Position numbers and translations under genes: made by a program. From positions 96,001 to 160,000 of the IMG/VR virus record IMGVR_UViG_3300007513_000007: 64,000 nucleotides of DNA. One strand, 5' to 3'. The notes under the pieces are model-generated. The model searched no databases and was not told the origin of the DNA. It saw nothing but the letters and a program-made list of their open reading frames with translations. The DNA comes from a virus. Position 1 is the stretch's first letter, and each line of letters begins with the position of its first letter. Positions 45,174 through 55,300 of the stretch are shown here, piece by piece.

Positions 45174-47983
45174 GTCACCACCATATGGCCGTCGCCGTTG
45201 GTTACCAGATACCCGTCAGCATCGACCAGAGGGGTCGCTTTGACAAAGGCAGCAGGGGTCGCGGCGAAAAGGATCTGTCCCTCATCATCGGGAACAGGCA
45301 AACCACCGGGACCGCCGCCTAAAAGATCCGTGATCACCCCTGCTTCATCAACGTAGTAGGGATTGTTGATGAGGGGTGCCCCTGGATCAGTCCCGTCAGA
45401 AACAAAGATGCCGCCCTTTGCAGGCCCCGTTGGCGGGACGGGGGCATTATCGAAAATGATTCCAGTAGGATCAATGAGGCCCGGAACCGTCAGCTTTCCG
45501 GTGTCCGCGTTGTAGATCATGGGGCCGATGGCTGGGCCAGGAAGGGGGCCGAAGGTGATCTCGTTGTGGTCTGTGACCCGGATTTCCATATGGTCAACCC
45601 AGGCACCACCCACAGGAACCTGACCCTCGAAGCCTCCCAACTCCAAGTCGATGCCTGCCCCGCCACCGCCATCCGAACTCACCCAAAAGATGTCTGTGAT
45701 GGGACCCTTCGTGGTGGTCGTAAGCTGAATCACGCCACCACCTGCGTCAGTGGCGGTCACACGGCCAGTAGTGTTGAACTTCGACAACACAGTTGCAAAG
45801 TTGTCTCCCGGTGCAAAGCTGACGGTAAAGCCGCCTGCTTCAGTGCCGAAGGTGATGTCTCCACCAGTAACCAGAGGGTCTACACAAGCACCGAGTGCCG
45901 TGAGTGTGGCAGCGGTAGCCGTTTCCGGGCGTCCGAAGAAGATGGATCCGGGACTCCCCGTGATCGAACCACCCGGACCAATAAAGACCGACCCCGCATC
46001 CGTAACGGCAACGGGTTCAGAAGTGTCTCCCCCCAGAATGTAAACGTCACCAGCATGAGGCGGCGTGACCTTGAGGCCCTCCAAGCCCTGGCCGCCAGCA
46101 ACAATGACCTTTCCGATGCGGTCACCGCCGTCAGAAGGACTGGTCCCCACAAACAGGTTGTAGTTTCGCCAGGGGTTTTCCTCAATGGAGGCGGCACGCA
46201 GGAAAGTGGTGGACCCGTAAAGGGCGTCCCCCGGCCAGATTTGCCACCCCATCGTGATTTCAGCACCGATGCCGAACGGGTTGGGGTTGAGGTTGATTTC
46301 AGGCTTACCCACACCGCCAATCTCAACGGTTCCGGTGACTTGGAGGGAGCCTTGGGTGCTTCCCGGCACGGGGGCTGGGCTTGGAACCGCCGCATCTACG
46401 ATTTGCACGGCCCCTGCGTCTGCGACGATGGTCCTGCCGCTGCCGCCTGCACCAAGGCCGCCGTCGTAAGCGTCGTCCAGGGTACGCACTTGGCTGGCGT
46501 AGTCGTAAATCTGATCCAGGGCGTTCTGGACATCGGTAGCCGTGATGTCGGGTGCCGCAGGCAAAAGTGTCGGGTCATAGCCGATGGTGTCTGACGGAGT
46601 AGAGGCCACCAAGGAAGTGGGCAGTCCGTCGGGAAAGGTGATCGTGCCGTGTTCCGTGCTTCCGATGGAGAAGGTAGTGGTTCCGATAATGGCGGCTGTA
46701 CGGAACGTGATGGCTGAATCAAGGATAGACCACCGGACCTGAAGGGACGTTCCCACAGGTGGGGACGTTCCACCCGCCCCGCCCGGATTCACGTCAATAG
46801 ACTCGGTCGCTCCAGAGATGCGGCTGTAGGAAACAAAGAGTTGCCCTACGTCTTGGATGCGGGCACCGAACGTGCCGTCCATGACCAGGGTTGAATCAGC
46901 GAGGTCAAGGACCCCGTCCGTAGACCCAACCATAATCCCGGAACGTCCTTGGAAGAAGCACTCCCGAACTCGAAGCTCGGAATCCATTCCTCCAAGCAGG
47001 TAGCAGTCAACCCCAGCCCCCGAGTTCATGGTGAAGTGGCAATCTACAAACTCTGAGGTGCCTGTCCCGCCAGAACTATGGGTAAAGGCTGGGCCTTGGG
47101 AGGGGTCAAGCCCCTCTACTTCAAAGCTGCAACGGTAAGAGGAAACGCCACCTCCACCCGTTACGGTGATAGCCGCAAAGGTTGCGGGGTGCTGCTGGAG
47201 GAAGGTGAGGTTGTGAAGCAGCACCCTTTGGGTGGACGCCGTAGTGGTCAGGGTGTGGCCTGACAGGGCCTCGTTTCGGATACGAACAATGTTCGAGGGA
47301 CTGCTTGAGGAGGAACCGGGCCACCCAAAAACGTGAACCGACTCGTGAAGAGTAAGGCTCTCGTCGTAGGTTCCAGGTCGAACCAAAACAACCCAAGGTT
47401 CCATTGCTGTGGGGCCTTGGGTCACCGCGTAGTCGATGGCAGCCTGGATAGTGGTGTAGTCACCACCTCCAGAGCCATCGACGTACACGACGTGACCAGA
47501 GGTGTAAGACGGCTTGATGAGGTTGAGGAGGGCGAGCAGGTTGTTGTTCTGCTCGTCCGTCCATCCAACCGGGTCGATGTCTACAGGGATGGGGGTAGCA
47601 GCACCCCCGTACTGTTCCCCTGCCGCAACAAGCAGGAGGTCTTCCGTATCAAGGGTGACCTTGACCCGGAGCCTGATGAACTGCTCGTTCTCTGTCGGCA
47701 GCCCTTGATCCAGCACAAGCCGAATCAGGTAAGGGCCTCCGTGAGTGATCGTGAAATCACCCGGAGCGGCTGTTGTCGGATCCCCCGTAAAGGAGGCCGT
47801 AGAGCCATGCGGCTGATACGCGATAGACCACGCATAAGTCGTGGACGGCGTAACCCCCGTAGACACCGACACGCAGGTAACCGTGTCGGATACCCAAAGG
47901 TCGTTGCTACTAACTCCCGTGAATGGTCCTGGAGGTCCCCCCGAAGGTCGGGTGATGGTGGCCTCGATAATCGCTACCGCCAT
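45170..47983 (-). CDS. tailspike/fibre protein with PKD/Ig-like N-terminus and pectin-lyase-like beta-helix
   Basis: TYAWSI..P.GSTASF...YLIRLV; VVYVDGSGGGDYTTIQAAID..VLVRPGTYDE; TDVQNALDQI; TLDDAYDGG. Confidence 0.78.
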   Translation of the reverse strand: MAVAIIEATITRPSGGPPGPFTGVSSNDLWVSDTVTCVSVSTGVTPSTTYAWSIAYQPHGSTASFTGDPTTAAPGDFTITHGGPYLIRLVLDQGLPTENEQFIRLRVKVTLDTEDLLLVAAGEQYGGAATPIPVDIDPVGWTDEQNNNLLALLNLIKPSYTSGHVVYVDGSGGGDYTTIQAAIDYAVTQGPTAMEPWVVLVRPGTYDESLTLHESVHVFGWPGSSSSSPSNIVRIRNEALSGHTLTTTASTQRVLLHNLTFLQQHPATFAAITVTGGGGVSSYRCSFEVEGLDPSQGPAFTHSSGGTGTSEFVDCHFTMNSGAGVDCYLLGGMDSELRVRECFFQGRSGIMVGSTDGVLDLADSTLVMDGTFGARIQDVGQLFVSYSRISGATESIDVNPGGAGGTSPPVGTSLQVRWSILDSAITFRTAAIIGTTTFSIGSTEHGTITFPDGLPTSLVASTPSDTIGYDPTLLPAAPDITATDVQNALDQIYDYASQVRTLDDAYDGGLGAGGSGRTIVADAGAVQIVDAAVPSPAPVPGSTQGSLQVTGTVEIGGVGKPEINLNPNPFGIGAEITMGWQIWPGDALYGSTTFLRAASIEENPWRNYNLFVGTSPSDGGDRIGKVIVAGGQGLEGLKVTPPHAGDVYILGGDTSEPVAVTDAGSVFIGPGGSITGSPGSIFFGRPETATAATLTALGACVDPLVTGGDITFGTEAGGFTVSFAPGDNFATVLSKFNTTGRVTATDAGGGVIQLTTTTKGPITDIFWVSSDGGGGAGIDLELGGFEGQVPVGGAWVDHMEIRVTDHNEITFGPLPGPAIGPMIYNADTGKLTVPGLIDPTGIIFDNAPVPPTGPAKGGIFVSDGTDPGAPLINNPYYVDEAGVITDLLGGGPGGLPVPDDEGQILFAATPAAFVKATPLVDADGYLVTNGDGHMVVT

Positions 47984-48012
47984 CTCGACACCTCACCGGA
48001 GATCCCCGAGGG

Positions 48013-48068
48013 CCATGAACACACTGCTGCCGGAAGTTGGAGCTTCTGAAATAGCAGTGCGTTCATGG
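48013..48068. other. intergenic long hairpin (16-bp outer stem plus 6-bp inner stem)
   Basis: CCATGAACACACTGCT (48013-28) versus AGCAGTGCGTTCATGG (48053-68); the single difference is a G-U pair in minus-strand RNA. Confidence 0.7.
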
Positions 48069-48107
48069 TCACCTCATTGGGACACCCCATCAGGAAGGGA
48101 GGGAGGA

Positions 48108-48683
48108 TCAGGTAGCGGGTTCCGAGTAGCTGATAAGCACGTTGGCAGCACCAGCACTCAAAGTAGCGGCACCGCAGTTCACCGTCACAGTGAGCGGCCC
48201 GCCAGAAGAGTTCATATGGACCGTAGACACGACGTAGTCGGCTGCTGCTGTCGTGTCGCTGTCTGCGGCATCCAAGAAGTTGGCTCCGACACCCGTAAGC
48301 TCTGCCGTAAGAGGCATCGCGGTGGGCGTTCCAGTGTTCTCGAACTGGGTCGTGACGTTGACACGAACATCGAGGATGATGGCGTTGTTAGGGACGGTGG
48401 CGGTGCTTGCTACACCAGTGCCCTGGTTACCGAATGCGACTGGAATCATGATCCATGACTGCTCCGATCCGGCTCCGGGAGGAAGATCGGAAAGCCGTGC
48501 CGCGTCATCCGCACCAACAGGTGCGCCAACGCGAACAGGGACGAGTGTTCCACCGGCATCTTTGACATCGACGGCTGTACCCGTGATGTTGTCGAGGTGG
48601 ATGCCTTGAAGGCCAGAACTGGAATCCTGGAAGATCCAGAACGTATCTTCGATAGTACCGAGAAGTTTGCGAACGACGGACAT
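48108..48683 (-). CDS. decoration/cement-like protein with C-terminal jelly-roll-like domain
   Basis: SD AAGGAG; DDAARLSDL fibre motif; VPNNAIILDVRVNVTTQF. Confidence 0.7.
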   Translation of the reverse strand: MSVVRKLLGTIEDTFWIFQDSSSGLQGIHLDNITGTAVDVKDAGGTLVPVRVGAPVGADDAARLSDLPPGAGSEQSWIMIPVAFGNQGTGVASTATVPNNAIILDVRVNVTTQFENTGTPTAMPLTAELTGVGANFLDAADSDTTAAADYVVSTVHMNSSGGPLTVTVNCGAATLSAGAANVLISYSEPAT

Positions 48684-48758
48684 GAGAGTCTCCTTGCGGG
48701 GGGGGGTTAGTCAAAAAGCTCCGCTTGAGGCACTCTGCCTCGTCAATCTATGGCTGCA

Positions 48759-48773
48759 ATAGAGAAGCCACCG
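48759..48773 (-). promoter_or_regulatory. class II motif CGGT-N7-CTAT
   Basis: Plus strand reads ATAG-AGAAGCC-ACCG; 76 nt upstream of 48683. Confidence 0.75.
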
Positions 48774-48778
48774 GAAAC

Positions 48779-49564
48779 CTATGCTCGTCGGATGAGAGCC
48801 TGTATCGTGCCGACGCCCTGCGTCTCCCCACCACCGGGAGCGATGCTCACCCACAACTCCCCGAAGACGCCGAAAATGTCTCCTGGCGAATAGGCGAGCG
48901 TGTAGGTGGTGTTGGTTACGTCAACATCCACAATCGGGAAATACTTTTCCGGGGCTGCGTCTGTTCCCACGGAAACTGTGGAAGCTGCATCCAGGAACGG
49001 CGTGGAGAAGCTCAACCAGATTTCGAGGACTGAATCCCCTGCATCCAATGTAGTGACAGACACAGGAGAGCCAGCGTTCCACTGGAAAGTAGAAGCCACA
49101 GTCTCCACGGTTCCCGTAGGGATGAGTGCTTCAAGCTGTGTGAGGTTGTAGTTCTGCTCGTTGGCCCACCCTTCAACATCGACATCCACCGGGATGATTC
49201 CAGTAGAGTCCCGCCGCTCTCCTGCGGCTACCAGCTTTAGGGAGGCACGGGTCGTCAGTGCCCGAAGTCGAACGTACTGCGTCCCCTCGGATGCTGTGCC
49301 TGCGTTCACCACCAGTCGGATCAGGTAGGCTCCCGGCATATCGCAGTTGAAGAATCCTGGAGCCGGGTCAGCAGCGTTGCCGGAAAACGTCGCCATCGAC
49401 CCCTCGGGGGCATAAACGATAGTCCAAGCATAGGTAGCTGCCGCGTCGATAGAACTGACGTAGACGTTGTCCCCGGCCCCTGCAAAGGACAGGTCATCAC
49501 GGCTGTGCTCATCCACGTCAGTGGCGTGGTCGGCGTTCAGCCAGCTTCGGATTCGTGCTGCCAT
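48779..49564 (-). CDS. virion protein: N-terminal domain shared with 45170-47983, plus jelly-roll-like C-terminal domain
   Basis: TYAWTIVYAPEGSMATF...GAYLIRLVV...LVAAGE...IPVDVDVEGWANEQNYNL; ATG 49564 with SD GGAG. Confidence 0.75.
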   Translation of the reverse strand: MAARIRSWLNADHATDVDEHSRDDLSFAGAGDNVYVSSIDAAATYAWTIVYAPEGSMATFSGNAADPAPGFFNCDMPGAYLIRLVVNAGTASEGTQYVRLRALTTRASLKLVAAGERRDSTGIIPVDVDVEGWANEQNYNLTQLEALIPTGTVETVASTFQWNAGSPVSVTTLDAGDSVLEIWLSFSTPFLDAASTVSVGTDAAPEKYFPIVDVDVTNTTYTLAYSPGDIFGVFGELWVSIAPGGGETQGVGTIQALIRRA

Positions 49565-49601
49565 CAAGAAGTCTCCAAAGGAACCCTACCGGCCTGCGGG
49601 C

Positions 49602-49616
49602 ATAGGCAAGACACCG
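49602..49616 (-). promoter_or_regulatory. class II motif CGGT-N7-CTAT
   Basis: Plus strand reads ATAG-GCAAGAC-ACCG; 38 nt upstream of 49564. Confidence 0.75.
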
Positions 49617-49628
49617 GGCGAAGATTTA

Positions 49629-49659
49629 GGGGGTTCCGGTATACCCTCCGAACCGTATA
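49629..49659 (+). promoter_or_regulatory. class I bipartite promoter motif
   Basis: GGGGGTTCC 49629-49637, N16, CGTATA 49654-49659. Confidence 0.75.
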
Positions 49660-49677
49660 GAGAGCATAGGAGGAGTC

Positions 49678-49902
49678 ATGGCTTCGCAGGCATGTAAATC
49701 TTGGAAGGATGGGACGAAGCGTTTTATCCCTCGCTCTCGCGGTCGAGTAGGCCATCAGCGTCAGTTCGGTACTCATATGTCTCGGGCGGCTATGGCTGCC
49801 GAAGCGCGTACCGCAGAACGCTCCGCTCGTCGGGCGGGTAAGGTCGCCATCGAGGAAGGGCTGGCAGATTGGGAAGATGAAGAAGCCACACCTAACTATT
49901 GA
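49678..49902 (+). CDS. small hypothetical protein (74 aa)
   Basis: Strong SD AGGAGGAG; first gene after the class I motif; basic N-terminus, acidic C-terminus. Confidence 0.7.
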   Translation: MASQACKSWKDGTKRFIPRSRGRVGHQRQFGTHMSRAAMAAEARTAERSARRAGKVAIEEGLADWEDEEATPNY

Positions 49903-50314
49903 ACTGGTCCCCCGAGGACAATGGGGGGCTAACCTCCGGTCAGAGCTTCCGAAGGCTGAATGGGACCGTCTACGCAAGGCGACGTACAAGGCAGCCCACT
50001 ACCGCTGCGAGATATGCGGAGGTAAGGGTCCCAAGTGGCCCGTCGAGTGCCACGAACGGTGGGACTACAACGAGGAAACCAAAGTCCAGAAGCTGGTTGG
50101 CTTGATTGCCTTGTGTCCCAAGTGCCATGAGGTAAAGCATATCGGAAGAGCGGGGGCTGTCGGAAGAGCACCACAGGCCGTTGAACACCTCATGGAGATC
50201 AACGGCTGGAGTGCTGACGACGCGATGGCCTATGTAGACGGTTGCTTTGAAGTGTGGGCACGACGGTCCCAAGAAGACTGGAGCCTTGATTTATCATGGT
50301 TGGAGGGTAGCTAA
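49877..50314 (+). CDS. HNH endonuclease family protein
   Basis: WDRLRK..YRCEICGG..ECHE..LIALCPKCHEVKH (zinc-binding HNH pattern). Confidence 0.85.
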   Translation: MKKPHLTIELVPRGQWGANLRSELPKAEWDRLRKATYKAAHYRCEICGGKGPKWPVECHERWDYNEETKVQKLVGLIALCPKCHEVKHIGRAGAVGRAPQAVEHLMEINGWSADDAMAYVDGCFEVWARRSQEDWSLDLSWLEGS

Positions 50315-50384
50315 ACCACTTTTCCGGGTAGTATGAAAGTGCCCATAAGGGCGACACACACACTACACAGAAAAGGAGGAAGCT

Positions 50385-50591
50385 ATGCCTTCCCAAACAC
50401 CAGACGGAACCGCTATTTCAGCCAACCCCTACCAGATGCGGTTCGACCTCCTCCATCTTGCCAAGGACATCCTTGAGCAGAACGCCCATATGGCCCGAGA
50501 GGACAAGTCCAAGGAGCGCAAGACCTACTACACCCTCGATGAAGTCATCGAGACTGCACAAACTCTGAACAAGTTCGTGTCCAACAAGTAG
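50385..50591 (+). CDS. small phage hypothetical protein
   Basis: SD AGGAGGA; NPYQMRFDLLHLAKDIL...TLDEVIETAQTLNKFVSNK resembles a small protein pattern I recall from T4-like and large phages (not searched). Confidence 0.75.
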   Translation: MPSQTPDGTAISANPYQMRFDLLHLAKDILEQNAHMAREDKSKERKTYYTLDEVIETAQTLNKFVSNK

Positions 50592-50607
50592 GGCGCAGGG
50601 GGCGGGA

Positions 50608-51030
50608 GTGTCGGCAAGGTACGCCCAAATCGCCGCGATTATGGACGATAGCCATAACGTGGCCTGCATTTTGAGGGAACTCGAAAGGCGACAGGTCTCC
50701 GAACTGATACTCCCGCCTCTACCCACAAAACAGGGAACAGCCGCGTATGTCGCGATCACTCCAGGGAAGAAGATGCGACAACCCTGGAATGGGGGTGAAC
50801 TGGTGGATGCAGATTCCTCTTGGCCGTTGTGCATGGCGATGGAGGTATGGGATAGCGGCGACGGGTGGATGATCACCGTGCGCGGAGGTGATGAGGTAGG
50901 TCCTTTTGACACAGAGGACGACGCCCACCAGGAAGCGAAAAACCTCCTTGAAGAAGGGGGTGCCTTGTTGCTTCAGGACTCACCTTGGGACAAAGAGGAC
51001 CAAAACAGGTTCCCGTTGTCACAGCCCTAA
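50608..51030 (+). CDS. hypothetical protein
   Basis: 140-aa ORF, GTG start after GGGAG; stop overlaps the convergent gene by 4 nt. Confidence 0.6.
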   Translation: MSARYAQIAAIMDDSHNVACILRELERRQVSELILPPLPTKQGTAAYVAITPGKKMRQPWNGGELVDADSSWPLCMAMEVWDSGDGWMITVRGGDEVGPFDTEDDAHQEAKNLLEEGGALLLQDSPWDKEDQNRFPLSQP

Positions 51031-52394
51031 ATGTAGAACTGGTTGGAAACATCCTCTCCGACAACAGGACGAGGCTTCTGAACGCCCAAACGGTCAACCG
51101 TAACCGTGTACGCCTGTGCATCGGAAACTTCCGGGATTCGTCTGTCCAGCTTCAAGGTGCTGGGGGAGATTCGCGCCTTCGAGCCAGAGGGCCACACTTG
51201 ATGAGGAACCCCTCCGATGTAGAGGGTACGCCGTTTCCCTATGGGGCCACCCCTGCTCCCGAGTACATCCTGTAAACGGTAGCTTCCCTGGTAAGGGCCT
51301 GCGTGGATGGTAAGAACCTCCCCGTCCACGCACTTGCCCCAGTCAGCAGTAACGTCAGACACCGTGTTCTTGTCGAGAACGCGCAGTTTGCCTTCCAGGC
51401 CCGTAGGAAAGGTCCTGTACCAAAAAGCGGTGGGCTGCACCTCTACCAGAGGAAACGCCTGCACCGAAGCTACCTGATACCTGCCTTTGTTTTCCCCGGA
51501 CTCGATATGGAACACCGCTCCGGGCCGAATCCCCTCGAAAGAAACCGAGGTGTCGGTGAAAAAGAAACGATTGGAGAGGACGGTCCCAGTCCCTGAAATG
51601 CGCTTGGCACCCAGGCACCACTTCCGCATGTCGTCGTAGTAGTAAGAATCGAGGTCGAGCGAAAGCCCGTTCTCGTCCGAGGCTATGACCCCAAACGCAT
51701 CCGTGAAGAGGTAGCTGAACGAGTAAAAGACATGGGCTGGCTTCAAGGCGTAGAGAACTAACTTGGCGTTGTACTCGTAAAGGAAAGGGTCCAGAGGGAA
51801 GCTGTTGTCATTGTCGATCAACACCTCAACCTCGAACTGCTCCTCCAAAGTAAAACCGCCCGTAGGGTCCCGTGGCGGCGTGTACAGGTACTTTTCGATG
51901 ATCCGGGCAGTCACGTTTGGATCAATCGCCTCCAGGCCCCCCTTCATGGACTTCTTGGTTGCACCCGCAATCAGCAGCGAAGCGATCTTCTTCAGGAAGG
52001 TCCGGTAAGGAACGTCACCTTCAATCTCGGGAATATCCTTCGTGCGAACAGTCGTGGCTCCCCCCTGCGGAAAAACCATCTCCCCAAGGATTTGCCAGAG
52101 GACTTCCGGGCGAGTGAAGTCCCACACTACATCCTTGTACTCTTCATTCATCTCGATCTGAAGCGCCGCCAGTTCCTTTGCCATCGCCTGGAACTGGAGG
52201 GTGTACCAAGGCCCGTTAGTGTTGGATACATAGTTGGACGGGAGGATAGCTCTGAAAGTTGCCATGAGGTGCTGGGTCAGCACGTTGATGTCACGCTCAA
52301 ATCCCTGGCCTGTCAGCGGGTAAGGGGCTGGGTTTTGAGCCAGGGCAAAAGGAAGATCCGATACCGGGCGATCTCCATCATCGTCATCAGACAT
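51027..52394 (-). CDS. baseplate wedge protein, P2 gpI-like
   Basis: LPSNY...ELA...TRPEVLWQILG...YRTFLKKI..LLIAGAT..LKPAHV; directly after gpJ. Confidence 0.7.
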   Translation of the reverse strand: MSDDDDGDRPVSDLPFALAQNPAPYPLTGQGFERDINVLTQHLMATFRAILPSNYVSNTNGPWYTLQFQAMAKELAALQIEMNEEYKDVVWDFTRPEVLWQILGEMVFPQGGATTVRTKDIPEIEGDVPYRTFLKKIASLLIAGATKKSMKGGLEAIDPNVTARIIEKYLYTPPRDPTGGFTLEEQFEVEVLIDNDNSFPLDPFLYEYNAKLVLYALKPAHVFYSFSYLFTDAFGVIASDENGLSLDLDSYYYDDMRKWCLGAKRISGTGTVLSNRFFFTDTSVSFEGIRPGAVFHIESGENKGRYQVASVQAFPLVEVQPTAFWYRTFPTGLEGKLRVLDKNTVSDVTADWGKCVDGEVLTIHAGPYQGSYRLQDVLGSRGGPIGKRRTLYIGGVPHQVWPSGSKARISPSTLKLDRRIPEVSDAQAYTVTVDRLGVQKPRPVVGEDVSNQFYI

Positions 52395-55300
52395 TTTGAT
52401 CCTCGTCGTAAGTCAGCGTGAGTTCCCCCTGCGAGATGACTGATGTTGGGTTGACCACAATGTTCTTGGGACCCGAATCAGGACCAACAATGTAGGTGAC
52501 AGCATAGGCGTGCTCGGTAGGAGACTCCCCAACAGGAAGGGAGACAAGAAGCCGGTTGGCAGTAAGCTCCACACGGCGAGCAACTCTTGAATCAGCCGTG
52601 GCATACCCTTGCGCGGAAAGGGTTGCATCATCCGAGTAGCCTTGGATGGAGCGCCCCTCGGATCCGATGAGGTACGCCTGTCCTGAAGCAAGGCCCAAGG
52701 TGCTCAACGACTCGGAGCTTTGAAGCAAGCTGATTTCCACCTCGTCCTGGAAGACGCCCTTGAAATCACCCTCGGCCCCTCCCCCGTCAACCGTGGCCGC
52801 CTCCAGTTCTTGGACAACGATGTAGACAACGGACACGTTGGTAGTAAGGGATTGCAGAAGCACAGAATCACTCGAAGCGTCTGTGGACAAGGCATCTCTT
52901 ACCACCTGGGACCCCTCCTGACGGAGAAGGGTGGTGAGAGGAACCACAACATATGAAACCCCGGACGTGTTCTCGATAAGCTGAATCACGTCCGATTGAC
53001 GAAGGGGGTTTCCGAGGCGCATGTTGCCGAAAAGGTTGGCGAAGTTCGTTCTCAAGAGAGAGTCAACTTGAGTCCGGTCCTGTCCTTTCTGAAGGATGAC
53101 CGAGGCGCTTACGTCAACTGGAACAGGGATGGCTTCTTTTGCCAGGACATCAGCGGTGGCGTGCTTGGAGAAATCCAAATCCTGCTGTGCCGAAGACACG
53201 ATGAGGTTGGTGGTGTAGGACACCGTGAAGTTCTCATCATGCGAATACGAGAGCGAAACCGTAGAGCCAGAAGGGATGGCACTGTTACTGGTTCGCCGGA
53301 TACCCAAAGCCTGCGTTTGAGTCCCCGGATCGATGGAGTAGTCAGAAACTCCACTGGGGTCGTCAGGTCCCCGGTAGATGATGCTCCCGTCTTCGTTGGT
53401 GACCACAAGGGTGAAGTAAAGGGCACCCAGCTTTGTGACGTACTCGACATACTGGCCTGTCATGACATGCGTCTCATCCGTCACGTCTGTCAGGTCACCC
53501 GAAGGGATGAAGTTGCCAGAGCCGTCCTCGTACCCTGTGATGGAGAGGTACGCTTGGGCCAAGGACGAACGGCCTGTGAAAAGAGGCGCATCCGGGCGAA
53601 CCAGCTTGTAGGATTCTTCAGGAAGGGTTCCGCTTACCGTCCCAACCACCGAGGTTATGCTTCTCACAGGTTGTCGAAGCAGAACAAAATCGTTCGCGGA
53701 AGCCTTTCGGTAGGCTCCAAGGACAACATCAGTCAGGTCGAGTGCGGGTTGAACAACATCGGTTGAGAGTTGGATGGTGTCGTAGGAGACGACCTCCACA
53801 CCCGTTAGATCAAACACCTCCCCTGTTGAGATGTTCCGTAGCTCATACCCCAAATCAGGGTAGTCCAGCATCGCCGCTATGGGGGAGGAAGACGAAAGCG
53901 ACGGATCCACAGCCCGGAAGGTGTAGTCGGAGGAGCTTCCGAGAACTTCAAACTGAATGTCCTGGAAAATCTCGAAAGAGAAGGCAAAGATGTCGGTGAC
54001 GCTGGCGGTGTTCTCGCCCTGGACCCAAACATCCACCTTCCCCCCGTGATGCTTTCCGTCTGTTCCTATGTCTCGCTGCATCAGAGGGTCGCCTGCGGCT
54101 ACCACCTCTGCCTTCAGAACACCTGCGGTGTCCGCTGCGGTCTGGAGGTAGCCCTGCGCGGTTCCTGAATCAACAGAGGCGAGGGCCGACAGAACTCGGG
54201 TTGTGAAGGCAAGGTTTGACTCCAAGTCCTCACCTCCGAACGCCGCTCCAGAGTTCGTGCATCCGATCTGCTGGTCTGCCGTAAGGTTGGTGACGAGTTG
54301 GTTGATCTGTCCCGCACCCACGTTTCCATTAGAACCCACCTGGGAGCATCGCACCGGCACCTCAATCTCGTACCGCCCCTTGGTGGGGTTGTAGGTGCTG
54401 GCAAGGTTTCCGAGGTCGATGGTTCCAGAACGGGTCGTTGCAAAGGTGGATGCACCACCCATGACCTGTGTTCCGATAGGAATGACCACCGAGGTAGTTG
54501 GTCGAGCCTTGACGTAAAAGGTGACCTCTGTGCGAGCCGCCTTACCAGTACGTCTTTTCATCCCGTAGTTCGACCCGTAAGCATCAAAAGTGCTGTCGAT
54601 CAGGTCTTGTACCTGTACATCGGTGGTGTAGTACAAAGCCTGCTTCAAGCCCCTCTTGTACCCAGAGTGTGGGACCGGGATGGAAGTGCCTACCCCTTGA
54701 GGGTCGTCTACCTGGAGCATGAGAAGGGGGGTTCGGGCACGATGGTAGAAGTCCAACAAGAACCGCATACGCTCTGCTTCAGAAGCAAACGGGTCGATCA
54801 CCGTGTCACGGAGAACGGAGCCTGCTTCCACACGGAGTTGGGGGTTGGTCCTGAAAATGTTGGTGATGAAGTCCGTGATGATGTTCTTCTTGGAAGGCGC
54901 GGGCAGGCTGATCATCGCCCCCGTCACCTTCAAGGGTCGTCCCACAACCTCTTCGGAAAGAGTGGACTCGTACTGTAGGTTGCGGAGAGGGTCGTAGTAG
55001 ACGGCACTTACCGCGTAGTAGAGCGGATCTTCAAAGGGGATAGCGGAGAAAGCAGCGATTCGTACTGTCGCAGGGTCACTGGTGGGGCTGCCTGATCGAC
55101 TATGGTTGAACGAATATCGAGTGGCCTCACGAATGGTGGAGTAGGTTCCGGTGAACAGGATGTCGCGAGCTATCTCGGGAACCTCAACCGTTTCGTCGTA
55201 GTCAAGTTGTTCAACTGTGCCGTCCTTATCAACCTGAACGCTAACGGTCTGGACATAGAGGGGGTCAGCCACAGGGGTTCCGTTATTATCCACCGCGATC

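Noticed and set aside
47974-48090. 38-aa minus-strand ORF across the hairpin
   Set aside because: No SD and it overlaps the next start; the hairpin explains the region better
50318-50350. TTCCGG...CATAA as a fifth class I promoter
   Set aside because: No G-run, and no CGTA at the N16 position
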